Source of the DNA: Minisyncoccota bacterium
Lineage (GTDB): Bacteria > Patescibacteriota > Minisyncoccia > Phycocordibacterales > UBA9973
Direction of reading: 5' to 3'
DNA length: 64,000 nucleotides
NCBI GenBank assembly: GCA_041659845.1
Contig: JBAZXM010000002.1
Location: forward strand, 4-64,003
In this document: positions 19,814-29,336 of the stretch, in pieces
Position numbering within the stretch: the stretch's first letter is position 1
Layout of the letters: each line of letters begins with the position of its first letter
Made by a program: the position numbers and the translations under genes
Notes under the pieces: model-generated
Databases searched by the model: none
The model's input: the letters and a program-made list of their open reading frames with translations, nothing else
Told to the model about the DNA's origin: nothing

Positions 19814-20896
19814 ATGAAGAAAGATTATTATGAAGTTTTAGGCATATCAAAGACTGCCTCAAAAGACGAAATCAAAAAAGCTTTTCACAAGCTTGCGCAC
19901 AAATACCATCCCGACAAAAAGGGAGGGGACGAAGCGCGCTTCAAAGAGGCGAGTGAGGCGTACCAGACACTCTCTGATGATACTAAGCGAAGTCAGTACG
20001 ATACATACGGACACAATTCTGCTGGCGCGCAAGGCAGCGGCTTTCAGGGCGGATTCGGAGGCAATGGCCAAGGATTCGGTTTTGATTTTTCTGGTGCGCA
20101 GGGCTTCGATATGGGTGACCTCGGCGATATTTTTGGTGACTTTTTTGGTGGAGGTATGGGCGGTAGGCAACAGAAAAGAGGACGAGATATTTCTACAGAA
20201 ATCCGTATTCCTTTTAAGGATGCGATTTTCGGCGCAGAGCGCGATATTGTGATTTCTAAAACTTCCACTTGTGATACTTGTAGTGGAACTGGTGGCAAGC
20301 CGGGCACAAAGATGAAAAAGTGTTCCACTTGCGATGGCAAGGGTCGCACTCGTCAAGCACAGCGCACTATTTTAGGTAGTGTGATGACTGAGCGCGTATG
20401 TGATGCTTGTCACGGTGTTGGGCAAATTCCTGAAGAAAAGTGCACCACTTGTCGTGGTTCCGGTGTTTACAATAAAAAAGAAGAAATTCATATCACAATT
20501 CCTGCAGGAATTCAAAATGGACAAATGCTCCGTATGAACGGCATGGGTGAAGCAATTTCGCATGGTGGATCAGGTGATCTTTATATTAAAATTCTCGCTG
20601 AAAATCATCTTGTCTTCCGACGAGAAGGTGCGAATTTGTTGATGGATTTGAATATCAAACTCTCTGATGCGCTTCTAGGCACAGAGTATAAACTTGAAAC
20701 ACTCGATGGTCCGCTTACGGTAAAAATTCCCGAAGGTATTTCTCCGAATGAAATTCTGCGCGTCAAAGAAAAAGGCGTGCCAATTTCCAAATCAAAACGT
20801 GGTGATATTCTCATCACTATTCATATTAAACTCCCACACAAACTTTCCAAAAACTCCCGCGAACTGATTGAGAAATTAAAAGAAGAAGGAGTATAG
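19814..20896 (+). CDS. dnaJ: Chaperone DnaJ
   Basis: J domain with HPD, G/F-rich region, four CxxCxGxG repeats. Confidence 0.99.
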   Translation: MKKDYYEVLGISKTASKDEIKKAFHKLAHKYHPDKKGGDEARFKEASEAYQTLSDDTKRSQYDTYGHNSAGAQGSGFQGGFGGNGQGFGFDFSGAQGFDMGDLGDIFGDFFGGGMGGRQQKRGRDISTEIRIPFKDAIFGAERDIVISKTSTCDTCSGTGGKPGTKMKKCSTCDGKGRTRQAQRTILGSVMTERVCDACHGVGQIPEEKCTTCRGSGVYNKKEEIHITIPAGIQNGQMLRMNGMGEAISHGGSGDLYIKILAENHLVFRREGANLLMDLNIKLSDALLGTEYKLETLDGPLTVKIPEGISPNEILRVKEKGVPISKSKRGDILITIHIKLPHKLSKNSRELIEKLKEEGV

Positions 20897-20897
20897 A

Positions 20898-20943
20898 AAC
20901 CTCATCTACAATCTACGCCATGGCGTAGATTGTAGATGAGGTT
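20898..20943. repeat. 46-bp perfect palindrome, family copy 2
   Basis: AACCTCATCTACAATCTACGCCATGGCGTAGATTGTAGATGAGGTT is self-complementary. Confidence 0.95.
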
Positions 20944-21017
20944 GGTTGTATTTATAAAAAGTGATACGATAGGAGGGTTATTAAATAATATAAGTTGGAC
21001 GCATTTATTTTTATTTT

Positions 21018-24000
21018 ATGCATCATGTATATATTTTTAGCCATCGATTAAAAAAATATTTCTCCACTAAATTGCCAGCGTTTTTGCTGGCCTTTTTATT
21101 TATTTTTTCACCGGTAGCTCAAATTTTTGCAGAAGAAGTATCACAATCTTCAACTGCAGAAAATATTGAAACACAAGCACCAGAAATTAATCAAACTGAA
21201 ACAACACCAACACCTGAACCCGAACCTCAAAGCCAAGAATCTAACTCAAGCCAATCTTTATCTCAAGCACCAATCTCAAGTTCAACTGCAAATACAAATC
21301 TACCGCCATCAAGTATTAAAGTATTGCTTCCGGAGGCAGACCAAACGACAGGTGCTCTTGTATACAGTTATCCAATAGCTATTCCGTCAGGACGAAATGG
21401 TTTACAACCAGATTTAGGACTTACATATAATAGCCAAAACATGCAGGAGGGTAGTATTTTTGGATCAGGATGGTCGGTAAATATTCCGCAAATTGAACGG
21501 ATTAATCGAAAAGGTTCTGAAAAGCTATATACAGAAAATTATTTCTCCTCCTCACTTGATAGTGAGCTGGTGGAAGTATTCTCAAATGTTTATGCTCCAA
21601 AGGTTGAGAATGGTAGTTTTAATAAATATGAATTTTCTAACAATATTTGGACAGTAACGGATAAAAAAGGAACTGTATATAAATTCGGTCAGACTGCAGT
21701 TTCCCGACAAGATGATCCAAACGATAGTACTAAAGTCTACACATGGACGCTTGAAGAGATAAGAGACACAAACGATAATTATATAAAATATGAATACTAT
21801 AAAGATGATGGACAGATTTATCCTTCTCGCATAATTTACACTGGGAATGGAATAACTGATGGCATTTTTGAAATCAATTTCCTTCGCCAATCGCGAACAG
21901 ATATTGCTCCGATAAACAAGACAGGCTTCAGTGTAAGTACTAATTATCGTGTTTACGAAGTTGATATAAAGACAAGCGGAATATTAACTCATAAATATGA
22001 AATTAGTTACACAACAGGAGATAACGGTGTCCGCTCGCTAGTAAATAGTATTACTGAATCAGGTATCAACCAGGCGACAGGTATAATAACTACACTTCCT
22101 CCGACATCTTTTTCTTATCAAACTAGTACTGCCGGATGGACGCAAGATACTTCCTTAACCGTTCCTGTGACATTTGTTTGGCCGTCTGGTCAAGATGCTG
22201 CAGTCCGTATTCTTGATGTAAATTCTGACGGCTTGCAAGATCTTGTCGTTTCGAGTGGATCATCAGGTGTGAAATCTGTGTATTTAAATAATGGCGGTGG
22301 CTGGGTAGAAGATACTTCTTGGGTAATACCGGAATATATTGTTGATGCCGGGAATAGTGATACAGGTTTTCGATTTTTGGATATAAACGGAGATAATTTG
22401 CCAGATATTATTTTATCAAGATTATGGGATTATAACGGCGATAATACCAAGCATGTGTATATCAATAATGGCAGTGGTTGGGTAGAAGATTTCACTTGGA
22501 CAATACCGGTATATTTTTCAATCCCAGGAGGCGTTGATCCAGGTTCTCGAATTGCCGATATAAATGGTGATGGTCTTCCTGATTTATTAGTTTCAGAAAG
22601 GATGAGTGATACTCAAAAAGTCTATATCAATAATGGTACTAATTGGGTATATGATCAAGCGTGGGTTATTCCGATGTATTTTACTAATATATTTTCGCGT
22701 GACGAAGGTACTATCCTTACTGATATTAACGGCGATGGGCAAGCAGATATTCTTTGGTCGAATAATGCCTTGTCGATGAAGTCTGTTTACATTAATACCG
22801 GCACAGGGTGGACTGAAGATACTACATGGGGGACTATTCCGGAATATTTTCTTGACGGGTCTCGTAAAGACAGAGGGGTACGATTCGCAGATATAAATAG
22901 TGATGGACTGATGGATATTTTGATTTCATATCTCGTGCAAGATAATCAATATGGTCGTACAGAAGAAAAGCATGTTTACATAAATACTGGCAAGGGCTGG
23001 ACGGAAAATACTTCAATCACCATCCCAGTTTTCTTTGTTGATCCTGGCAATGGCGACACTGGCGCTCGTATCAGCGATAATAAGGGTTCAAATTTGTCAG
23101 GTATTATTTTATCAAAACACTTACAGCCTAATTTAGACCAAAAGGAAGCATACAATAAAAATGGTAAAAGGTCAGATCTTCTTTCGCGTATTACATATTC
23201 TACAGGAGGAACAACTGACATCACATATAAATCATCAACACAATATAAAGATGGAAGTACAATATCAAACCCTAATCTTCCATTCGCATTTGATACGGTG
23301 CATCAATTATCTACAAATGATAATAATGGAAATATTTCAACCACTACATACGATTACGAAAATGGTAAGTATTATTTCAATACGCCTTTTGATAGAAAGT
23401 TCGCAGGGTTCGGCGCAATTACAAAAATAGATTCTGTAGGAAATACTGTAAAAACATATTTTCACCAAGGGGATGCCACCAATTCTTCACAAGGAGAATA
23501 CGATGATCATTCTTCAAAAATTGGCAAACCATATCTTATCGAATTCGCTGATGCATCGGGGAATATTTATTCTCGCACTATTAATAAATGGGAAAAGACT
23601 AGCTTAGGAACTGGTCGTGATTTTATTTACCAAAGTCAAAAGATTGATATGGTTTATGACGGCAATGCAACACACAAAGATATTGCCACGGAGTATACCT
23701 ACGATACAGTAAATGGTAACCTTCTCACCCAAGTAAATAGAGGGGAAGTAAATGCTTTACTGAACGGTACATTTACAGATACTGGTAGTGATATGAGCAC
23801 TGCAACTTATACATATAACCAAAATACATCAACAAATGTTTATGCTCCTCAAAATATTATTGTAACGGACGGTCTTTCAAATAAAATTCAAGAATCAAAA
23901 TATTATTATGATGCTTTGGCATATGGGTCAATTAGTAAAGGTAATCCCACAAAAGTAGAGAATTGGAAATCCGGCACATCATATATCTCAACAGAAAAGA

Positions 24001-27000
24001 CATACAATAATTATGGTCTCGTGACTTCTGATAAAGATGCTCGCGGCAAGATTACTTCATATACTTATGATTCGAATAATCTTTACCCGATAACAATTAC
24101 TAACCCACTCAACCACACTATTCAATACACACATGATTCTAGTACGGGCAAAGTCCTTACTACGACAGACCAAAACGGTGTCGTATATATAAATACTTAT
24201 GACGGTTTAGGGAGAATCAAGGAAGAAAAAATTCCGGGCACTATCGCTCCGTATTCTCCGGTTCTAAAAACAGACTATGTTTATACAGACACCTCCGGAG
24301 CAGTCGCAATTCAAAAAACCGAGTATCTCGATGCCTCAAATACCGTTGATACTTATCAGTATTTTGATGGATTGAATCGTCTTACACAAGAAAGGACGGA
24401 AGCGGAAATGGCGGGCGATTTTAATGTTCGTGATATTATTTACAACAATCTCGGCCTTCTTGAAAAAGAATCGTTAAAATATCAAAGTACTGGAAGTGTA
24501 AAGACCACACCGACAACTATACAAGCTCTTTATACCTCGAATACCTACGATCTGTTACAGCGCGTTTTGACTGCAACTAATGCATCCGGTACGACAAGCA
24601 ATATATATGACGGTTGGAAGGTATCTATTACTGATGCAAAAGGTAATGTAAAAAATTTCTACAAAGATGCTTACGGCAATCTCATAAAAGTCGAAGAAAA
24701 AAACGGAACAAGTACATATACGACACTCTATGAATGGAATCTCAACCAGAAACTTACAAAGATTACTGATGCTTTGGGGAATATTCGTAATTTCACCTAC
24801 GATGCTCTGGGTCAGCGTTTAACTGCGGAAGATCTTCACACTCCTACGGATACTACATTCGGCACGTGGACATATACATATGATGACGCTGGTAATATCA
24901 CTCAGACAACGAATCCAAGAGGCCAGATCATTACTTCTACTTATGATGACCTCAATCGAATTCTTACTGAAAGTGTCACTGGCGCACCTCTCGTGGGCGC
25001 TATATATGTGTACGATGTTTGTCTAAATGGTATAGGGAAACTGTGCAATGCTCTGGTGAAAGAAGGATCGACAAACACAGCGTATGCCTATGATTCTCGA
25101 GGGGGAGTCGCACTTGAAACGAAAACAATCAGTGCAATTGCATATCCTACTTCATATACTTACAATCACCAAAATAATATTCTCTCAATCACAACTCCCG
25201 ATTTGGCGGTCACGCAGTACACCTACAATCAAGGCGGGCTATTGGAAAAAATTGAAGTCAAAGAAGCCGGCGGCGCATTTGCAAATATCATTTCAAATTT
25301 TGATTATAATCCGATGGGTCAGATTACTACGCAGAATTTTGCAAACGGTGTTATTACGACCAATACTTATGATTCAGCAAATTTGTACCGCCTAACTCGT
25401 CGTCTAACTCAGAATTCCGCTCTGGAGAAATTACAAGATCTCAATTATACATATGACAATGTCGGAAATATTACCCAGATTATAGATTCATCCAATACCA
25501 ACGGAGCCAAGACTTCAGTATTTGCATATGATGATTTGTATCGTCTTATTTCTACTACAGTTACAAATTCAGCAAACGCTCAAAATTACGCGCAGGCCTA
25601 CACATACGATGCTCTAGGGAATATTCTCACTGGGCCGGCGGGGGCGTATCTTTATCAAGGTAGTACTGGAACAAGTAAAGCTAATTCGCATGCTGTGACT
25701 TCTATAAACGGCGCTGTAATTACTTATGACAATGATGGTAATGTATTAACGAGTGGTGCGCTTACTAACACATGGAATTATCGTGATCAATTAAGTCAGA
25801 CGATAAAACAAACGCCAAGCGTGGTCATAAGTGTTCCAGAAGTGCTAGTATCAGGAATGTCTTTGAGTGCTGTGCCTGTAAAAAACAGTCTTTTAAATAC
25901 TAGAACGTTTGAATCTGCTTCAACTGCCAAAATAATCCAGCCAATTAATGTTTCTGTTCCAATCACAATGAATTATTACTATGACCACACAGGTAGCCGA
26001 GTCTGGTATAAGGTGGATGCAGTAAGTACATATTATCCAAACAAGTTTTATAATACGAGTGGTACGAAAAAAACTAAGAAAATTTTTGCCGGCAATACTC
26101 TCGTCGCGAGCATTGAAACTGTAATCTCAGGGATGACGCCCGTATTAGAAATCAAAACACTGAGTTCTTTGACCAGTTTGGGCGGTTCTTCTGTCGGTGG
26201 TGTTACTACTCCAACAAAGACTATTACCCTGTATTATGTCCACACAGATCATGTTTTGGGTTCAAGCGTCATATCCAATCAATCAGGTACAAAAGTAGAA
26301 CTTCTAGACTACTATCCTTTCGGTCAAATCCGCCTTGATGAGAAAACTGGGAGTTTCAGCGAGCAAAGGAAATTCGGGGGACATATCTACGACCAAGAAA
26401 CAGATTTGAACTATTTGGGCGCAAGGTATTATAATGGAACATGGGGGAGATTTGCATCACAGGATTCCATGTTTTGGAGTCTACCAGATAGTTACCTGCT
26501 TGATCCTCAACAGCAAAATAGCTATAGTTATGCGAGAAATAATCCTGTGGTTTATGTTGATCCAGATGGGAATAGTGCACAATTACCTGCGGGACTCATA
26601 AGTGTCTATCAGTCAATTAAGCAAATATTTACCAATGCTTTTGGTGGACAAAAAAATAATAGTACTCCAGCCCAAGTTACAACTCCAACCCCTAAAGCTC
26701 AACAGGCACAAACTTCAAAAGTAGGACCAGGAGATTATCCGGGTGATGGACATATAAAAAGTGATTATATCAAAATAACTTTTGATCCTGGAGCAGATAA
26801 TTCCCTAAACCAAAAGGCTGTAAATGGTTATGAACAAATATTCGAACAAGCAAGTCAAAGAGGTATAACTTCTGTTAATTTTTCTTCTACGGCTAGATTA
26901 GATAAAGAAAAATTTTCTTGGCATAATTATGGTCTTGCTGGAGATATAAATATTGTTAATGGAATTCATGTTTCAAAAGATAATTCTTATGCAAAAACAT

Positions 27001-27149
27001 TACAGAATGTAATAGATAAAACTCCTGGAGTAAGGGAAAATTTTGGCCCCTTCATAATTAATCATAGTAGTAAAGTGTACTCAATGGAGCAATATGATAC
27101 TTTAAGCAAGGGACATCAAGATCATGTTCATACTTCGTTTAATAAGTAG
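21018..27149 (+). CDS. Secreted SpvB/TcB-like + FG-GAP + YD/RHS-repeat protein with a C-terminal M15-like zinc peptidase domain
   Basis: Sec-type signal; TGALVYSYPIAIPSGRNGLQPDLGLTYNS (SpvB N-terminus); five DxNxDxxxD repeats; RKFAGFG; YD repeats; YLGARYY...NSYSYARNNPVVYVDPDG core; C-terminus SSTAR...SWHNYGLAGD...HQDHVH. Confidence 0.85.
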   Translation: MHHVYIFSHRLKKYFSTKLPAFLLAFLFIFSPVAQIFAEEVSQSSTAENIETQAPEINQTETTPTPEPEPQSQESNSSQSLSQAPISSSTANTNLPPSSIKVLLPEADQTTGALVYSYPIAIPSGRNGLQPDLGLTYNSQNMQEGSIFGSGWSVNIPQIERINRKGSEKLYTENYFSSSLDSELVEVFSNVYAPKVENGSFNKYEFSNNIWTVTDKKGTVYKFGQTAVSRQDDPNDSTKVYTWTLEEIRDTNDNYIKYEYYKDDGQIYPSRIIYTGNGITDGIFEINFLRQSRTDIAPINKTGFSVSTNYRVYEVDIKTSGILTHKYEISYTTGDNGVRSLVNSITESGINQATGIITTLPPTSFSYQTSTAGWTQDTSLTVPVTFVWPSGQDAAVRILDVNSDGLQDLVVSSGSSGVKSVYLNNGGGWVEDTSWVIPEYIVDAGNSDTGFRFLDINGDNLPDIILSRLWDYNGDNTKHVYINNGSGWVEDFTWTIPVYFSIPGGVDPGSRIADINGDGLPDLLVSERMSDTQKVYINNGTNWVYDQAWVIPMYFTNIFSRDEGTILTDINGDGQADILWSNNALSMKSVYINTGTGWTEDTTWGTIPEYFLDGSRKDRGVRFADINSDGLMDILISYLVQDNQYGRTEEKHVYINTGKGWTENTSITIPVFFVDPGNGDTGARISDNKGSNLSGIILSKHLQPNLDQKEAYNKNGKRSDLLSRITYSTGGTTDITYKSSTQYKDGSTISNPNLPFAFDTVHQLSTNDNNGNISTTTYDYENGKYYFNTPFDRKFAGFGAITKIDSVGNTVKTYFHQGDATNSSQGEYDDHSSKIGKPYLIEFADASGNIYSRTINKWEKTSLGTGRDFIYQSQKIDMVYDGNATHKDIATEYTYDTVNGNLLTQVNRGEVNALLNGTFTDTGSDMSTATYTYNQNTSTNVYAPQNIIVTDGLSNKIQESKYYYDALAYGSISKGNPTKVENWKSGTSYISTEKTYNNYGLVTSDKDARGKITSYTYDSNNLYPITITNPLNHTIQYTHDSSTGKVLTTTDQNGVVYINTYDGLGRIKEEKIPGTIAPYSPVLKTDYVYTDTSGAVAIQKTEYLDASNTVDTYQYFDGLNRLTQERTEAEMAGDFNVRDIIYNNLGLLEKESLKYQSTGSVKTTPTTIQALYTSNTYDLLQRVLTATNASGTTSNIYDGWKVSITDAKGNVKNFYKDAYGNLIKVEEKNGTSTYTTLYEWNLNQKLTKITDALGNIRNFTYDALGQRLTAEDLHTPTDTTFGTWTYTYDDAGNITQTTNPRGQIITSTYDDLNRILTESVTGAPLVGAIYVYDVCLNGIGKLCNALVKEGSTNTAYAYDSRGGVALETKTISAIAYPTSYTYNHQNNILSITTPDLAVTQYTYNQGGLLEKIEVKEAGGAFANIISNFDYNPMGQITTQNFANGVITTNTYDSANLYRLTRRLTQNSALEKLQDLNYTYDNVGNITQIIDSSNTNGAKTSVFAYDDLYRLISTTVTNSANAQNYAQAYTYDALGNILTGPAGAYLYQGSTGTSKANSHAVTSINGAVITYDNDGNVLTSGALTNTWNYRDQLSQTIKQTPSVVISVPEVLVSGMSLSAVPVKNSLLNTRTFESASTAKIIQPINVSVPITMNYYYDHTGSRVWYKVDAVSTYYPNKFYNTSGTKKTKKIFAGNTLVASIETVISGMTPVLEIKTLSSLTSLGGSSVGGVTTPTKTITLYYVHTDHVLGSSVISNQSGTKVELLDYYPFGQIRLDEKTGSFSEQRKFGGHIYDQETDLNYLGARYYNGTWGRFASQDSMFWSLPDSYLLDPQQQNSYSYARNNPVVYVDPDGNSAQLPAGLISVYQSIKQIFTNAFGGQKNNSTPAQVTTPTPKAQQAQTSKVGPGDYPGDGHIKSDYIKITFDPGADNSLNQKAVNGYEQIFEQASQRGITSVNFSSTARLDKEKFSWHNYGLAGDINIVNGIHVSKDNSYAKTLQNVIDKTPGVRENFGPFIINHSSKVYSMEQYDTLSKGHQDHVHTSFNK

Positions 27150-27158
27150 ATAAAAAAT

Positions 27159-27593
27159 ATGAAAAATATATTAAAAATTTTGTTTCTTATATTAATAATA
27201 CTGGGAATATATATCATTACTAAACCAAAGCTATCATTTGGTACTTTTACAAATATCCCGGAAAATTTAAAAGATTCTGGCTGTACTTTTTATTGGACAG
27301 AACAAGATGTAAGCAATAAAAATTATGCACTAGTCTCTACTTTTGGAAATACAGAAAATTTAGAACCCAATGCTATTATTTTTATAAATAATAAATTAGA
27401 AGAATTAAATACAAAAGACAGTGATTATCTTTATAAATATAAATATGAAAATAGTAAATATGCTATCAATATAAAAGTTATTAGAAGTACTCTTAACGGG
27501 AATGAAAGTTATTATGAAGAGGGCATTTTAACAGCCAAAGACAATAAGGGAAACAGCATATTACGTAATATTATAGGATATTGCGGAGTTTAA
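27159..27593 (+). CDS. Membrane-anchored or secreted protein, candidate cognate immunity protein
   Basis: Starts 9 nt after the RHS stop codon; N-terminal TM; AT-rich; two cysteines. Confidence 0.55.
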   Translation: MKNILKILFLILIILGIYIITKPKLSFGTFTNIPENLKDSGCTFYWTEQDVSNKNYALVSTFGNTENLEPNAIIFINNKLEELNTKDSDYLYKYKYENSKYAINIKVIRSTLNGNESYYEEGILTAKDNKGNSILRNIIGYCGV

Positions 27594-27638
27594 ATATTAA
27601 TTTAACCGAGTATAAATTGAGCCAGTTGTTTCTAGATT

Positions 27639-28256
27639 ATGTATAAAATAGGAAAGAAAATAGGAATAAATGATAAAAATATATACAGCACAGTTTTTAT
27701 TGTAATTGTTTTTATTACTCTATCAACGTTTTTCTTAAAAAGTTCTTCTAAAAATAATCAACCTATAGAAATTATTAATAACAATCAATTTAAAGAATGG
27801 AATAATTTTTTTGTTAAAAATACAGAAATTTTTACAACCAGTGATTGGTTTACATATGAAGGTAAAAATATAGGCGAATTTTCAATCGCCCTTCCAAATG
27901 ATTGGAAATTAGAAGGAAGTGTTTTTACAAATAACAATGATCAAAAAGTTGCAGAATTTTCTCCAGGTCTGGTTCAATTAAAAAATAATCAGAGTTGTTT
28001 TGATGTTGAATGGAGTAATGAAGATGGAGAGAGTGAAATGATCTCCCTAAATGATATTGAGATAGGGTCATTAAAAGGCAAACTACTTGTTGAAAAAGCG
28101 CCCGCATGGGAGGAAAGTGCTAATAAATATTTATATCCATATTTTTATTGTTTATCAAATGGACATAACGCTTTTGTAATGACTTTTTATGAATGGAATT
28201 TGGAATTAACTGATACAGAGTTACATAATAAAATTCTTAGTACATTGAGGTTCTAA
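27639..28256 (+). CDS. Membrane-anchored hypothetical protein (PsbP-like; possible orphan immunity)
   Basis: N-terminal TM; FSIALPNDWK...KILSTLRF pattern. Confidence 0.5.
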   Translation: MYKIGKKIGINDKNIYSTVFIVIVFITLSTFFLKSSSKNNQPIEIINNNQFKEWNNFFVKNTEIFTTSDWFTYEGKNIGEFSIALPNDWKLEGSVFTNNNDQKVAEFSPGLVQLKNNQSCFDVEWSNEDGESEMISLNDIEIGSLKGKLLVEKAPAWEESANKYLYPYFYCLSNGHNAFVMTFYEWNLELTDTELHNKILSTLRF

Positions 28257-28289
28257 AATAGATCGCTGCCGTTAAACAATTTTTCTTAT

Positions 28290-29252
28290 ATGATCGCGAA
28301 TATTAAAATGAAAAAGTCAAAAATTATTAAATCAGCAATTATAGTCGTATTAATAGTTTTAGTTCTTGCTAGTTATTATTTACATCAAATAAACATTATC
28401 AATAATATTGATCAAAAAGTTCATTCTATGAATGGTGGAACTTTTAGGTATGGCATAGAAAATCTAAATAACGAAGAATTTTTGGAGAATATGACGGATG
28501 GTGGTGGGGGGCTTGTTGGATATTTTAGAGGTAGTGAGTTGATAAAAATGGTCGAACGGGTTGGTCTTTCCTATGGCACCCAAAATTTTCAGTTTTATTA
28601 TGAAAATGAAAAATTAATCTTTGCCTACCATGAACATAGATTTTTTAATCATAATGAAGATGGCTCAAAAGATTATGACCACCCGGGATTTCTTTTGGCC
28701 ACCAAATATTATTTCAAGGATGGAAAGTTATTTAAAAAAGAATTTCACAGAGAAAAGAATTTCCCAACAGGTTATGACATTACTATAGAATTTTTATTAG
28801 CACAATCAGAAAGAAATTCTAAAATTATTTCAGAATTCAAAAACAAGGAGTATTACGGAGAATGGATGGTATACAAATCTATGTCTCCTCAAAATATGGT
28901 GACTTTCGAAGAAGAGCCCTTAACTAAAGAACAAATTAATGAATTTTCAAATTCTAAAATTATTTTAGAGAAAGAAAAAGCGATTTTATCAGGAAATATT
29001 TGCAATAATCCAGAATATGTTAAGGTTGAAGAAACTCCTTTTGATTATTTTCTAAATAATTATAAAGTTGTTATTAATGAAGAAACTGGAAGTACAACCG
29101 CTTTAGATAAAAAATCTTTAGGCATAAACTCGGAATTTTCTGATATTGTAGAAATAAAATGTAATAACGATTACTATACTCTCTTAATCACTAACTCAAA
29201 AGAATCATTGCTTGAGTATAAAAATACTTTTTTCTTTTTAACAAAAAACTGA
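28290..29252 (+). CDS. Membrane-anchored hypothetical protein (possible orphan immunity)
   Basis: N-terminal TM; AT-rich; same strand as the RHS gene. Confidence 0.5.
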   Translation: MIANIKMKKSKIIKSAIIVVLIVLVLASYYLHQINIINNIDQKVHSMNGGTFRYGIENLNNEEFLENMTDGGGGLVGYFRGSELIKMVERVGLSYGTQNFQFYYENEKLIFAYHEHRFFNHNEDGSKDYDHPGFLLATKYYFKDGKLFKKEFHREKNFPTGYDITIEFLLAQSERNSKIISEFKNKEYYGEWMVYKSMSPQNMVTFEEEPLTKEQINEFSNSKIILEKEKAILSGNICNNPEYVKVEETPFDYFLNNYKVVINEETGSTTALDKKSLGINSEFSDIVEIKCNNDYYTLLITNSKESLLEYKNTFFFLTKN

Positions 29253-29336
29253 CTATGGGTTAAGTTAAGTAATGAATTTTTCAAAACTAACTAAGCTTTT
29301 ATAGTAAGGTTAATTTTTAAATGGTAAAATATAGTA

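Noticed and set aside
15807-20943. 36-bp palindromes as CRISPR repeats, with the PaaX-like gene as cas2
   Set aside because: The copies are kilobases apart with no spacer array, there is no cas1, and the protein has a winged-helix N-terminus typical of PaaX-like regulators.
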